DNA from: Alphaproteobacteria bacterium
GTDB lineage: Bacteria; Pseudomonadota; Alphaproteobacteria; Rs-D84
Assembly (NCBI GenBank): GCA_009783145.1
Contig: WRHR01000001.1
Coordinates: 492-64,491, forward strand
Direction: 5' to 3'
Length of the DNA stretch: 64,000 nt
This document shows, piece by piece, positions 54,938 through 64,000 of the stretch. Within the stretch, counting starts at the first letter, position 1, and every line of letters starts with the position of its first letter. The position numbers were made by a program, and so were the translations under genes. The notes beneath the pieces are model-generated. The model saw nothing but the letters and a program-made list of their open reading frames with translations. It made no database searches and had not been told where the DNA came from.

Positions 54938-56011
54938 TTATCTCATCTTTTCTGCTTTATCCGATCCGCATGCAGAAACAAAACCGCTTTCTTCTTTTCG
55001 CCTTGCGAAGGGATTATACGGCCTGTGGAGTTTCGACAGAACCTTAAGCCTGGCCCTTAAGATTGTCTTCGAGGGCGATAAAAGCGATTCATATTTATTC
55101 CACTCCGGCAATAACGCATTTCTTATGTAAAATGCGTGGGCGGGATATTTCTTTTCTTTTTCGAAAAACTCGGCAGCGGCCAAAGCGGCGCGCTTATGAC
55201 TCAAAGGAATTATTTTCCGTAAAGCCTCTTTATAGTCATCGCTAAAATCTTCCAAGACTACATACTTTACATCTTTATTCAGCGCCATATAGTGATATTC
55301 CAGATAGCTATTCTGTTTGTTCTCAATGCGCGCCAACTCGGACATCAAATCTATCGTCGTCTGAGTGTCAAAGGTTTCTCCCCTGCTTCCGACAGATTCC
55401 AAAAACTCGTCGATTTCCGCAAAATTCTTGAATTTCTTCGCGCCGAATATTTTGTCGCTTATCTTTTCAAGGCGGTTTTTTTTCTTAACAGGAATCTGTG
55501 CGTACTTAATCTGCTGGAATGAAGTTTTTTGTTCGGCCAGTTTTTTAAGATTTTTATTTTCCTTCAGCTCTTTGCCTGCGAAATCAAGCATCTGGGAAAA
55601 AACGCCGCTGAAATATGCAGCAGCATTTTTAGTATAGCCCAGGCCCTTATAAGCCCTGGCGTCGCCTACCATAAAATTCAGAACTCTCAAAGCTGATAAA
55701 ACATTTTCATCAACTGGTAACCGCAATACCAGTTCTTTATCCTTGTTCATCTTGAATGCTATTTGAAGCAATATTCCATAAATCGTCTTTCTGATTTTTT
55801 TGCGGTATTTTCCCCAGCCTTCTTTCAGCGCGGCCTTCATATCTTTACTATAACCTTTGGGCTTATAATCATCCTCCACGAATACCATTGTGATTTGCTG
55901 CAGAGTATATTTCTGTTCGATTATATTTTCCGCAAATTTCGCTGTTGGTTCAGACCTATCCTTCTTTTTTGCAACGACAATTTTCAAAGCATCATAAATA
56001 ATGTCCGCCAT
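54938..56011 (-). CDS. Hypothetical protein (357 aa, AT-rich), inserted antisense between sufB and sufC
   Basis: Clean ORF of atypically low GC. It interrupts the usual sufBC adjacency. Confidence 0.45.
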   Translation of the reverse strand: MADIIYDALKIVVAKKKDRSEPTAKFAENIIEQKYTLQQITMVFVEDDYKPKGYSKDMKAALKEGWGKYRKKIRKTIYGILLQIAFKMNKDKELVLRLPVDENVLSALRVLNFMVGDARAYKGLGYTKNAAAYFSGVFSQMLDFAGKELKENKNLKKLAEQKTSFQQIKYAQIPVKKKNRLEKISDKIFGAKKFKNFAEIDEFLESVGSRGETFDTQTTIDLMSELARIENKQNSYLEYHYMALNKDVKYVVLEDFSDDYKEALRKIIPLSHKRAALAAAEFFEKEKKYPAHAFYIRNALLPEWNKYESLLSPSKTILRARLKVLSKLHRPYNPFARRKEESGFVSACGSDKAEKMR

Positions 56012-56105
56012 TTTAAACTCCTGTTTATTATGCTATAATAACATAAATTTAAAATGACAAAAAGGATATTCTTTTGTACAATATTAAAAATACCAAGGAT
56101 ATAAA

Positions 56106-56783
56106 ATGATTCTGTCAATCAAGAACCTTACCGTTTCTTATCAAGGGAAAATCCTGCTGCATGATATTAATATGACGGTCGCGGACGGCGCGAGGCACCT
56201 GCTGCGCGGGCGCAACGGCAGCGGCAAGACCACGCTGGCCCAAACCGTCGCCGGCAACCCGGATTATAAAATAGAATCGGGCTCCATCACTTTCGAAGGC
56301 CGCAACATCACGAATGAAAACGCGACGACCCGCGCCCTGTTGGGGATATTCATCGGCGCGCAGAACGTGCCGGAAATTCCGGGCCTGACCGTAATCAGCT
56401 TTTTGAAGCATTCGGCCGCGGCGCATGCGCATTTCCAAACGGGGAAAGAATTATCGATGGGCGAATTTTTAGAGCGGCTGGAAACTGCGCGGACGCGCCT
56501 GGATATTCCAAAGGAATGGCTGAACCGCAGCATTAACGTGGGCTTCAGCGGGGGCGAAAGGAAACGTCTGATGTTCCTGCGCCTGGCTTTGACTGCGCCA
56601 AAGCTGGCGATTCTGGACGAGCCTGATTCCGGCGCGGACGCAAGCGCCCAAAAATTGTTCGCGGGGCTTATGAATGAAATGCCAAAGACAACATTCCTAT
56701 TTATTTCCCACCAGGAAAAATTCACGGAATTGGCCTGTCCGACCGCAATCACGACTTTGGATAAAGGCAAAATTGTGATATAA
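56106..56783 (+). CDS. sufC: Fe-S cluster assembly ATPase SufC
   Basis: Walker A GRNGSGKTT, signature FSGGERKR, and Walker B LAILDEPDSG. Confidence 0.9.
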   Translation: MILSIKNLTVSYQGKILLHDINMTVADGARHLLRGRNGSGKTTLAQTVAGNPDYKIESGSITFEGRNITNENATTRALLGIFIGAQNVPEIPGLTVISFLKHSAAAHAHFQTGKELSMGEFLERLETARTRLDIPKEWLNRSINVGFSGGERKRLMFLRLALTAPKLAILDEPDSGADASAQKLFAGLMNEMPKTTFLFISHQEKFTELACPTAITTLDKGKIVI

Positions 56784-56827
56784 TGATAAAGCAATAAATA
56801 AAGGATTCGTCATGCCAACAAAACAAA

Positions 56828-56935
56828 AACGTGACGCGAAACGCGAAACGCGAAACGCGAAAAATAATAAAGAAATAAAAAAGACCGTAACACATTCCGA
56901 ACCACGCGTCTCGCATCTCGCGTCTCGCGTCTCGA
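56828..56935. repeat. Heptamer-arm palindromic element (GAAACGC x4 ... GCGTCTC x3-4) at the 5' end of a membrane-protein gene
   Basis: Seen directly. Confidence 0.75.
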
Positions 56936-56943
56936 ACAATAAA

Positions 56944-57825
56944 ATGATAACCTGGCTATTTTGGGCCCCGCTGAAATTCACGGTGCTGTTCGCGGTATTG
57001 TTCGGAATAACTATGGTTATAACCAACCTCATATTCCGCACGCCGTCCCTGGCGGCGATCATCTGGGCGCCCAGGATTATACTTGCGGCCGTCGCGGCGA
57101 TTTCCGCGTTTTCCGTTTACAAGCTGATTCGCTGGACGCATGACGACCCGCTGGATCAGAAAAGCTTCGTCATGCTGAACATAGCCAAAAGCCTGCTGTC
57201 CTTGGTGCTGATAGCGGCGGCCGGCGCGGTAGCCTTGCAGACGCAGGCCGCCGCCACGTTCGAGCAACTGATGGCCCTGGGCCTTAGCACTCTTCTTCTG
57301 CTGATTTATCTGGGCGGCATCGGTCTGTTGGAAATCAAGCTGCTGTTCGTCCGCGCGCGGGCCCAGGGCGCGGCCAAATGGAAGCTGTGGCTTTCCATAC
57401 CTTTTGGGATAGGCCTGTTTTGGTACTCGGGATTTTTGGTTGCCGACAGCGCGAAGAAGAATCAGGTCGTAAGCGCGAAGTCGAAATTCTGGAACGGGCT
57501 GTCGGGATGGATAACGGCAAGCCGGAGAAATACACTAATCGCGTTCGTGGTGATACTTGCGGTCGGAATGGCGCTTATGAGTTCCCAACTTACGAATATG
57601 ATATTGTTCGGCGTTATATCCGCAATTATCATTTTATGCCTGAGGTATTGGAAAAGACTGCGCGACAATCTTGGCGGGTTGTACGCCTCAATCGCTATGA
57701 TTTTAAATATAGTCGTTATCCTGGGCCTGCTGGGCAAAAGCGCGTATGATTATCAAAAGCAACCGACAATGATACAAGAACAGATTGAAATAACGGAAGT
57801 AATGCCGGCTTTGCCGGCAGAGTAG
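56944..57825 (+). CDS. Polytopic membrane protein of unknown function. A possible upstream start at 56812 reads through the repeat element.
   Basis: 6-8 hydrophobic helices. The alternative N-terminal extension MPTKQKRDAKRETRNAK...PRVSHLASRVS is encoded by the repeat. Confidence 0.45.
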   Translation: MITWLFWAPLKFTVLFAVLFGITMVITNLIFRTPSLAAIIWAPRIILAAVAAISAFSVYKLIRWTHDDPLDQKSFVMLNIAKSLLSLVLIAAAGAVALQTQAAATFEQLMALGLSTLLLLIYLGGIGLLEIKLLFVRARAQGAAKWKLWLSIPFGIGLFWYSGFLVADSAKKNQVVSAKSKFWNGLSGWITASRRNTLIAFVVILAVGMALMSSQLTNMILFGVISAIIILCLRYWKRLRDNLGGLYASIAMILNIVVILGLLGKSAYDYQKQPTMIQEQIEITEVMPALPAE

Positions 57826-57948
57826 CGTGCGCTTCGCGCACAGAGTAGAAGATTAAGAGAGTATCAGATTATTCTCCTACTCTTTTACTCTCCTACTCTG
57901 ATTTTTCGGCTTTGCCGAAAAATCTTTACTCTAGCTCGCGGAGAGAGC

Positions 57949-59010
57949 ATGAACGGATTAATTATTTTTCTGGGGATTTTGTTTCTGCTGTTTGTGGGGC
58001 GGGCTTTGTTCGTGCCCTTGCTGATCGCGGGTTTTCTGTGGTATTTGATAAACGCCATCGCGGCTTATTATAGAAAAGTCATGCCTTTCAGCCGGGAATG
58101 CAAACTGACGAAGTTCTCGCATTTCATATCGCCCGTGACCTGCCGCATTTTCGACGGAGTGGCATTTCTGCTGTCTCTGGCGACCTTTGGCGGATTGGTC
58201 TATGCTTTTACAACCCAGATACGCCCGATGGCGCAGCAACTGACCATGCGCCTGCCCGAGATTCAATTCAAGATACACATGCTGCTGAATTATTTAACGG
58301 GAGCGCTGGGGATTGCGATAGACGCGGACCGCCTGCCGGATCTGACGCGCATCGCGGCGTATATCGGCGCTTCGGCGGCCAGCATGACAATGACCTTGGG
58401 CCTTGTGCTTATATATATATTGTTTATGTTCATAGAGCAAAGCACGTTCGGCAAAAAGCTGGCGGCATTATTCCCTGAGAAAAAACAATTCGGAAAAATG
58501 CGCTTCATTCTGGCCAGCATCGACGAGAACATGAAGAAATACATGTTTATGAAGACCTTTATTTCGATTGCGACGGCGCTGTGTTCCTATTTATGGCTGC
58601 GCTATATGGGGATAGAGTTCGCGGGCGTCTGGGCGTTTATCATATTCCTCTTTAATTACATACCAACATTTGGGTCTATTCTGGCGGTTACGCTGCCTAT
58701 TCTTTATTCGCTTGCGATGTCGTCCACGCTTAACACGCCGATAATGGTTGCGCTGGGGCTGATAGCATTGCAGATAGTATTCAGCAATCTGCTGGAACCG
58801 AGACTGACCGGCAAAACGCTGAACCTGTCGACCTTGGCAATATTGGTGAATCTGGTATTTTGGGGAATGCTTTGGGGCATCGCCGGGGCGTTCTTCAGCG
58901 TGCCTCTGCTGGTGGCGACATTCATAATCACGGCGCAGTTCGACCGGACAAGATGGATAGCTGTGCTGCTGAGCGCCAATGGAGAGATTCCAGAGAAGGA
59001 AGAGGATTAA
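57949..59010 (+). CDS. AI-2E family (UPF0118, PerM/TqsA-like) transporter
   Basis: 8-TM profile. The C-terminal region ...FFSVPLLVATFIITAQF fits the AI-2E family pattern. Confidence 0.55.
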   Translation: MNGLIIFLGILFLLFVGRALFVPLLIAGFLWYLINAIAAYYRKVMPFSRECKLTKFSHFISPVTCRIFDGVAFLLSLATFGGLVYAFTTQIRPMAQQLTMRLPEIQFKIHMLLNYLTGALGIAIDADRLPDLTRIAAYIGASAASMTMTLGLVLIYILFMFIEQSTFGKKLAALFPEKKQFGKMRFILASIDENMKKYMFMKTFISIATALCSYLWLRYMGIEFAGVWAFIIFLFNYIPTFGSILAVTLPILYSLAMSSTLNTPIMVALGLIALQIVFSNLLEPRLTGKTLNLSTLAILVNLVFWGMLWGIAGAFFSVPLLVATFIITAQFDRTRWIAVLLSANGEIPEKEED

Positions 59011-59299
59011 ATCATAGGTCGAACAGGAACAGCGCCGTTGTCACCCCGGCGCAGGCCGGGGCCTGAAAAGGAAGAAGACTGACAATGGCGGAGACAAAGA
59101 AAAAACTTGGGCCGAAACTGCTTTATACCGTGCGCCTAAAAATCGCCGGGTTGTTTAATAAGCGCAAGCCCGACAGACATTTCGGCAAGAATTTCATCAA
59201 TACCGTGCAGCAAGTCGTGGAGAAAAACAGCGCCGAACATCCGCGTTAGTTTTACTTGGTCCAAATATCTTTCCCGCCGCGGAAACTTATCCCTTTTTA

Positions 59300-59415
59300 T
59301 ACTGGATTGCTTCGCTCTGCTCGCAATGACAATTCGGTGTTTGTTTTAGACTGCGTGCCCCGGGCACCCTCTCCCTTGTCATTGCGAGGAGCGGTAGCGA
59401 CGAAGCAATCCAGTC
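59300..59415. repeat. Family-A MITE-like element
   Basis: CTGGATTGCTTCGCTCTGCTCGCAATGACAATTCGGTGTTTGTTTTAGAC...TTGTCATTGCGAGGAGCGGTAGCGACGAAGCAATCCAG. Confidence 0.75.
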
Positions 59416-59517
59416 AATTAATTTTGACAAACAATTTTCCTATTGTAATGCGTTTCCGCAATTGATAATATTCCTATTAACTATCCGAGCGATAGTCAAA
59501 ATAAAAAAGGAATAATC

Positions 59518-60144
59518 ATGAAGAAACTTCTCTTAACATCTGCAATCATTCTGGCCGCTGGCGCGGCGCAGGCGGCGGTTGCGCCGTATGTATCGCTGAA
59601 GGGCGGAATCGCCGACGGCGGTATGAACTTTTACTACACAAACGGAGACCCCGATAACGGCTACATAGACGGATACAGAAATATGAGCGGATTTACCGGT
59701 GCGTTCGCCGGCGGTATCGCTTACGATGTAGATACATCAATGACGCTCCGCGCGGAATTGGAATATACTTTCAGCAAGACCAATGGGTGGAATTGGGGCA
59801 GATTCGATATGGTCAATCATACTATTCTGCTGAACGGCTATGCCGACTTTGGCAGCAAAGAATGGGCGATACGTCCGTATGTCGGCGCCGGATTTGGCTA
59901 TGGGCTTGGCAACCGTTTGAAATGGACAGACTGGGCTGGCAATGATTGGGTCAATGTTGGCGGCGGAATTGCCTATGCGGGAATGTTCGGCGCGGCATGG
60001 GCAGCCACAGACTATCTTGCATTCGACCTAGGCTTTAAATATGCGGTCATCGACGGAGTAAATAGCCAAGACTGGTGGGGCGGCGAAAGCAGCGCGGACC
60101 TTATCAACAGAACCGTCACGCTTGGCGCAAGGTATTCGTTCTAA
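59518..60144 (+). CDS. Small outer-membrane beta-barrel protein (OmpA-like/Omp25-opacity porin family)
   Basis: Signal peptide MKKLLLTSAIILAAGAAQA and a C-terminal ...LGARYSF. Paralogue of 60423..61025. Confidence 0.65.
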   Translation: MKKLLLTSAIILAAGAAQAAVAPYVSLKGGIADGGMNFYYTNGDPDNGYIDGYRNMSGFTGAFAGGIAYDVDTSMTLRAELEYTFSKTNGWNWGRFDMVNHTILLNGYADFGSKEWAIRPYVGAGFGYGLGNRLKWTDWAGNDWVNVGGGIAYAGMFGAAWAATDYLAFDLGFKYAVIDGVNSQDWWGGESSADLINRTVTLGARYSF

Positions 60145-60185
60145 TAATAGAGTGTTAATGCAAGGACGGCGGCCCAGCGGCCGCT

Positions 60186-60292
60186 GTTTTTTTGACTGGA
60201 TTGCTTCGCTTCGCTCGCAATGACAATTTGTGTTTGTTTGTTCTCCCTTGTCATTGCGAGTCACGAAGTGGCGAAGCAATCCAGTCAAATAA
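60186..60292. repeat. Family-A MITE-like element
   Basis: CTGGATTGCTTCGCTTCGCTCGCAATGACAATTTGTGTTTGTTTG...TTGTCATTGCGAGTCACGAAGTGGCGAAGCAATCCAG. Confidence 0.75.
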
Positions 60293-60422
60293 TCTTGCGA
60301 ACGCAACCATTTTGACAAACGATTCTTTAACTACAAGCTAACTATTAACTTGCAATACTTTTTCGTCACTGATAGAATTCCTATCGGTTATCCAAAGATA
60401 ACCGCAACCAAAAGGAATTCTT

Positions 60423-61025
60423 ATGAAAAAACTTCTCTTAACATCCGCAATAATTATGGCGGCGGGCGCCGCGCAAGCAATGACGCCTTATGCTTCCATA
60501 AAAATGGGCTATATGGACAATTCTGTGCAAGCACACATGCCGGGCGTGCCTGTTGACGGATTTGTGGGCTATGCCGGCTTTGACGGGTTTGCCGGTTCGG
60601 TCGCCGGCGGATTGGGATTTGATGTAGAATCATTCCTGACACTGCGCGGCGAATTGGAATATTCCTATGCCAGAACCAGCCTTTCGTTTGGTGGCGATAA
60701 AGTGAACCTGAACGCGAATGCCGTCATGGTCAATGGCTATGCCGACATTGGAGATGCGGCATGGGTTGTAAAGCCGTATGTCGGATTCGGCCTGGGCTAT
60801 AGCTTTGGCAGCATATCTGAACCTGGCCACCCCTCCGAGAGTGGCGACGGCGGATTTGCATATTCAGGCATGATTGGCGCGGCATGGCACATCAACTCCA
60901 ACTTTGCGCTGGATGTCAGTGCGAAACGCTGGGTCAATAATGGCGGTATACCCAATGGCGGTGGTTCGCTTGACACCAAATATATCGGCACGTCATATAT
61001 GCTTGGCGCAAGGTATTCGTTTTAA
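60423..61025 (+). CDS. Small outer-membrane beta-barrel protein, tandem paralogue
   Basis: MKKLLLTSAIIMAAGAAQA...LGARYSF. Terminator at 61026-61056. Confidence 0.65.
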   Translation: MKKLLLTSAIIMAAGAAQAMTPYASIKMGYMDNSVQAHMPGVPVDGFVGYAGFDGFAGSVAGGLGFDVESFLTLRGELEYSYARTSLSFGGDKVNLNANAVMVNGYADIGDAAWVVKPYVGFGLGYSFGSISEPGHPSESGDGGFAYSGMIGAAWHINSNFALDVSAKRWVNNGGIPNGGGSLDTKYIGTSYMLGARYSF

Positions 61026-61057
61026 AAAACGCGGGGCAAAGCCCGCGTTTTTAATTA

Positions 61058-61190
61058 GCAATTATCAATTAGCGATTAGCGGGATGGATGCAACAATAAA
61101 TATTGTCCATTATAATGGACAACATTATTCTTTAATCTGCCAAACTTTAATTGATAATTGCTAATCGCTAATTGCTAATTGCTAATTAAA
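61058..61190. repeat. Composite element: arms TTAGCAATTATCAATTAGCGATTAGC / GCTAATCGCTAATTGCTAATTGCTAA around the core AATAAATATTGTCCATTATAATGGACAACATTATTC
   Basis: Seen directly between the convergent OMP and dnaJ genes. Confidence 0.8.
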
Positions 61191-62315
61191 AAATCCGCGT
61201 TTCTTTTTTCCGCCTGTGCCCGCGAATTCTTCCAACGCTTTTTTCTGCTTATCCGTCAGCTTCGTCGGAACTTCCGTTCCGATCTCCACGAATAAATCGC
61301 CTCCGGGAAATCCGCGGCCGCGTATGCGCATACGGGTTCCGACTTGCGTCCCCGATGGAATTTTCACGCTCAATTTTTTATCGTCGATCGTTTCAATCTC
61401 AATATCTCCGCCCAGCGCAAGCGTCGGATAAGGCACCGCGGCACGCGTTAATAAATCATTGTCCGCGCGCTCGAACCGCGGATCCGGGCGAATATGAACA
61501 TCCACGAAGAAGTCGCCGCTTGGGGCGCCCAGAATGCCGGCCTCCCCCTGCCCGCGAAGGCGCAAACGCGCGCCGTCTTGGACGCCCGCCGGAATTTCAA
61601 CTTTAATCTCGCGGCGCTGATTCTGTACGCCCATGCCATCGCAAGCCGCGCATTTCTTGGAAATCTTGCGACCCAGACCAGCGCAATCGGGACAAGCGGA
61701 TTCCATCGCGAACAAGCCGCGTCGCTGCCGCACGACGCCTGAGCCGCCGCAAGTCTTGCATACCGGAGCGGGCTTTGCGTCAGCGGTTCCATGTCCGCCG
61801 CATTTTTCACATTTCACATTGCTGGAGAATTTTATTGTTTCGATTTTGCCGGTAAAAGCTTCTTTTAAGGATATGACGACCTCGTGCAATAAATCCCGCC
61901 CTGCATGCGAAGCCTCGGCGCGGCTTTGCCGCGACGGGCCAAAATCGTCCATACCGCCGAATCCGAAATTACGCATAGCCTCGCGGATGACATCCTCCAT
62001 ATTTCCGCCGCCCATGTTAAAGCGGAACGCGCCGCCGCCCATGCCTTCGAACGGATTTCCGCCAAATCCCGCGCCGGCGGACGCACCGTTGCCGCCTGAA
62101 AACGCGGCGTCGCCGAATTGGTCGTAAGCCGCCCTCTTCTGCGGGTCTTTGAGAATATCGAAAGCGTTGTTGATTTCCTTGAATTTTTCTTCCGCGGACT
62201 TGTCGCCGGGATTCTTGTCGGGATGATGCTTCATAACCAGCTTGTGATAAGCCTTTTTGATGTCGGCATCGGACGAGTTTTTCGCCACGCCCAAGATTTC
62301 ATAAGGATTCCCCAT
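61182..62315 (-). CDS. dnaJ: Molecular chaperone DnaJ
   Basis: J-domain ([32 protein letters not shown]), G/F region, four CxxCxGxG zinc-finger repeats, and a C-terminal domain. Confidence 0.9.
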   Translation of the reverse strand: MGNPYEILGVAKNSSDADIKKAYHKLVMKHHPDKNPGDKSAEEKFKEINNAFDILKDPQKRAAYDQFGDAAFSGGNGASAGAGFGGNPFEGMGGGAFRFNMGGGNMEDVIREAMRNFGFGGMDDFGPSRQSRAEASHAGRDLLHEVVISLKEAFTGKIETIKFSSNVKCEKCGGHGTADAKPAPVCKTCGGSGVVRQRRGLFAMESACPDCAGLGRKISKKCAACDGMGVQNQRREIKVEIPAGVQDGARLRLRGQGEAGILGAPSGDFFVDVHIRPDPRFERADNDLLTRAAVPYPTLALGGDIEIETIDDKKLSVKIPSGTQVGTRMRIRGRGFPGGDLFVEIGTEVPTKLTDKQKKALEEFAGTGGKKKRGFFN

Positions 62316-62329
62316 AGTCAAATTTTCCT

Positions 62330-62440
62330 TAAATGTCATTCCCGGAATTTTTGCAGTGGCGCGAAGCGTCACGCAATAAATTGTCACCCCGGGCAAAGCG
62401 AAGCGATGACCCGGGGCGGGAATCCAATCCGATTTATGCC
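62330..62440. repeat. Family-B-related hairpin element (TGTCATTCCCGG...GTCACCCCGGGCAAAGCGAAGCGATGACCCGGGGCGGGAAT)
   Basis: Seen directly in the dnaJ 5' region. Confidence 0.6.
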
Positions 62441-62568
62441 CCTCAATATAATGCCCGGCGCAAAAAAATCAAGCCCGGCAAAATAAACCTATAAAAAATT
62501 GTGCCATCTTCTTTAAAGAGCTTGACAAACGCTATTCGTCGTCTAGAATGTGGAAAAACGGACATATA

Positions 62569-63135
62569 ATGTACATTCTAATATTCGGTTCCAATGACAG
62601 CGGCAAAACCAGGACTATTTTCGGGCGCGACGGCAAGCCGGGCCTGCTGCACTTGTTGCCCGGGTACCAGTACATATCCGTCAGCAATTATTACAGAGAA
62701 AAAATCATCTCGGGGGCCGAAATCGGAAAAAGCATCAAAGCCTATATGGAAAAGGGCCGCCTTGTCCCGGACGAGCTGACCTTTAAGGCAATCATCGACA
62801 TGAACCTGCAATACAACGGGAACTATATTTGCGACGGGGTTCCGCGTAATATCTCACAAGCCCAATGGTTCGAGCAACGCGCCGAAGACATAGTCATCAT
62901 AAAACTGATTCTGCCGGAAAAAATCGCGTGGGAACGGGCGCAGAAACGCAAACGGGCGGACGACACCCCGCAGGCTTTCCGCCGTCGGATGAAAATCTAT
63001 AACACCCAAACCAAGCCGGCGATTAAATATCTGAAAGAAAAATATCCGTTTTTAGCCATCAGCTCGCATAAAATGGAAGCCGACAAGCGCGCGAAAGTAA
63101 TCTTCGAATTTGTAAAGCAGCATCAGGGATTGTAA
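62569..63135 (+). CDS. adk: Adenylate kinase-like protein (divergent)
   Basis: Walker A-like GSNDSGKT, the NMP-binding/LID-like block ...ICDGVPRNISQAQ...KRKRADDTPQAFRRRMKIY, and a terminator at 63136-63168. Confidence 0.55.
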   Translation: MYILIFGSNDSGKTRTIFGRDGKPGLLHLLPGYQYISVSNYYREKIISGAEIGKSIKAYMEKGRLVPDELTFKAIIDMNLQYNGNYICDGVPRNISQAQWFEQRAEDIVIIKLILPEKIAWERAQKRKRADDTPQAFRRRMKIYNTQTKPAIKYLKEKYPFLAISSHKMEADKRAKVIFEFVKQHQGL

Positions 63136-63162
63136 AAAATAAAAACTCCCGCGTGGGAGTTT

Positions 63163-63462
63163 TTATTTAACCATCTGTTTTCTTCCATGCCAAAATAATA
63201 TTCCACATGCTATAAAGATCCCGCCAAAGCTTGCGCGCTGGCCTTGACTATCCAGCCCATTTGCAACAAGTCCGGATTCCTGCCTGTCTTTGGACCAATA
63301 AATTTGCTTATCCAGCTCTGGATTATTTGCAGCCACAATCATATCGTCTGCCATGACGCTGGTACCAAGCACACTTGCGAACATGCCCCATGCGATAAGA
63401 AAACGTTCAAACCTGGTCGCCATTTTTAATCCTTTGTTCGTTTCGGACGAACGATAGCACAA
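63163..63462 (-). CDS. Hypothetical small membrane protein
   Basis: 99-aa ORF with two hydrophobic segments. No family recognised. Confidence 0.3.
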   Translation of the reverse strand: MCYRSSETNKGLKMATRFERFLIAWGMFASVLGTSVMADDMIVAANNPELDKQIYWSKDRQESGLVANGLDSQGQRASFGGIFIACGILFWHGRKQMVK

Positions 63463-63540
63463 TAATACTATTTGTCAAGATATTTTGTCTAAAAAGGCAG
63501 TGGCTTGCATTTTTTTTTATTTTCAGCTACCCTGCCCGCC

Positions 63541-64000
63541 GTGGCACAAAAAAGTCTGAATTCTTATAATGCATCCGATATCCAAGTCCTTGAAGGGCTG
63601 GAGCCCGTTCGCCTGCGCCCCGGGATGTATATCGGCGGCACGGACGAGAAAGCCTGGCATCACCTGCCTACCGAGATAATAGACAACGCTATCGACGAAG
63701 CTGTCGCGGGCTTTGCAAAAAAAATCATAGTTTCCCTGATTGATGCCAAGACTATCGAGATTTACGACGACGGCCGCGGAATCCCAACGGGACAGCATCC
63801 GAAATTCCCCGGAAAATCGGCGCTGGAAATAATCTTTACGACTCTTCATTCCGGCGGAAAGTTCAATAACGACGTTTATAAGACGTCGGGCGGATTGCAC
63901 GGGGTCGGCGCGGCGGTTGTGAACGCGCTGTCGGCGGAGACGATCGTCACGGTCGCGCGGGACGGATTTTTCTGGACTCAGCGGTTTTCCCGCGGTGTCA
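63541..64000 (+). CDS. gyrB: DNA gyrase subunit B (or topo IV ParE), N-terminal fragment with a GTG start. The gene runs off the window.
   Basis: ...SYNASDIQVLEGLEPVRLRPGMYIGGTDEKAWHHLPTEIIDNAIDEAVAGF...DDGRGIPTG...LHSGGKF...SGGLHGVGAAVVNALS is the GHKL ATPase N-domain. It is absent from the ORF track because no stop falls inside the window. Confidence 0.8.
   Translation, partial: MAQKSLNSYNASDIQVLEGLEPVRLRPGMYIGGTDEKAWHHLPTEIIDNAIDEAVAGFAKKIIVSLIDAKTIEIYDDGRGIPTGQHPKFPGKSALEIIFTTLHSGGKFNNDVYKTSGGLHGVGAAVVNALSAETIVTVARDGFFWTQRFSRGV

Noticed and set aside
18815-56935. CRISPR array interpretation of the tandem heptamer blocks
   Set aside because: The units are 7 nt, directly tandem without spacers, and arranged as inverted arms of hairpins. 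They are not CRISPR repeats.
62569-63135. Rejecting the adk call because of the unusual N-terminus
   Set aside because: Retained as adk-like. GSNDSGKT fits GxxxxGKT, and the NMP-binding and LID-like blocks (DGVPRN, RADDTPQAFRRRMKIY) are present. The extra segment RTIFGRDGKPGLLHLLPGYQ lowers confidence but does not refute the call.

Overview
The window is a bacterial chromosomal segment of roughly 55-60% GC, gene-dense on both strands. Recognisable core genes are fabF, acpP, lepA, rbfA, ftsE, ftsX, tolB, rluC/D-type pseudouridine synthase, uvrC, efp, trxB, dnaN, ppa, pgsA, dnaA, dprA, plsY, rpsT, sufB, sufC, dnaJ, an adk-like gene and the 5' end of gyrB/parE. Surface and envelope genes are interleaved with them: a trimeric autotransporter adhesin, a 2175-aa and an 1137-aa repetitive secreted protein, several OmpA-like beta-barrel OMPs, a Pal-like lipoprotein, an AsmA-family protein, a type IV prepilin, and a secretin next to a TcpQ-domain protein. 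The strongest finding is a complete diversity-generating retroelement (DGR) at about 37.0-39.8 kb. It has a target gene on the minus strand whose 3' end is a 120-bp VR; a 120-bp TR 0.8 kb away in inverted orientation; 10 of 10 TR/VR mismatches at TR adenines; a small translationally coupled accessory ORF; and a reverse transcriptase carrying the DGR hallmark motifs (LPIGNLCSQ, YSDDF). The second theme is dense palindromic repeat elements. Family A is a MITE-like element of about 120 bp. Family B is a REP-like 30-bp hairpin, GTCAYYCC-GCG-WAGGC-GGRA. A third family has a conserved core palindrome TGTCCATTATAATGGACA flanked by interchangeable inverted arms of tandem heptamers, GAAACGC/GCGTCTC being the commonest. 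Several of these elements sit in frame inside coding sequences, namely uvrC, ftsE, asmA, the prepilin leader and a membrane-protein N-terminus, much like Rickettsia palindromic elements. Two small GIY-YIG nuclease genes are each embedded between repeat copies, one of them flanked by perfect 27-bp inverted repeats. No rRNA, tRNA or CRISPR was recognised by eye. Most plus/minus shadow ORFs in the GC-rich repetitive genes are treated as spurious.
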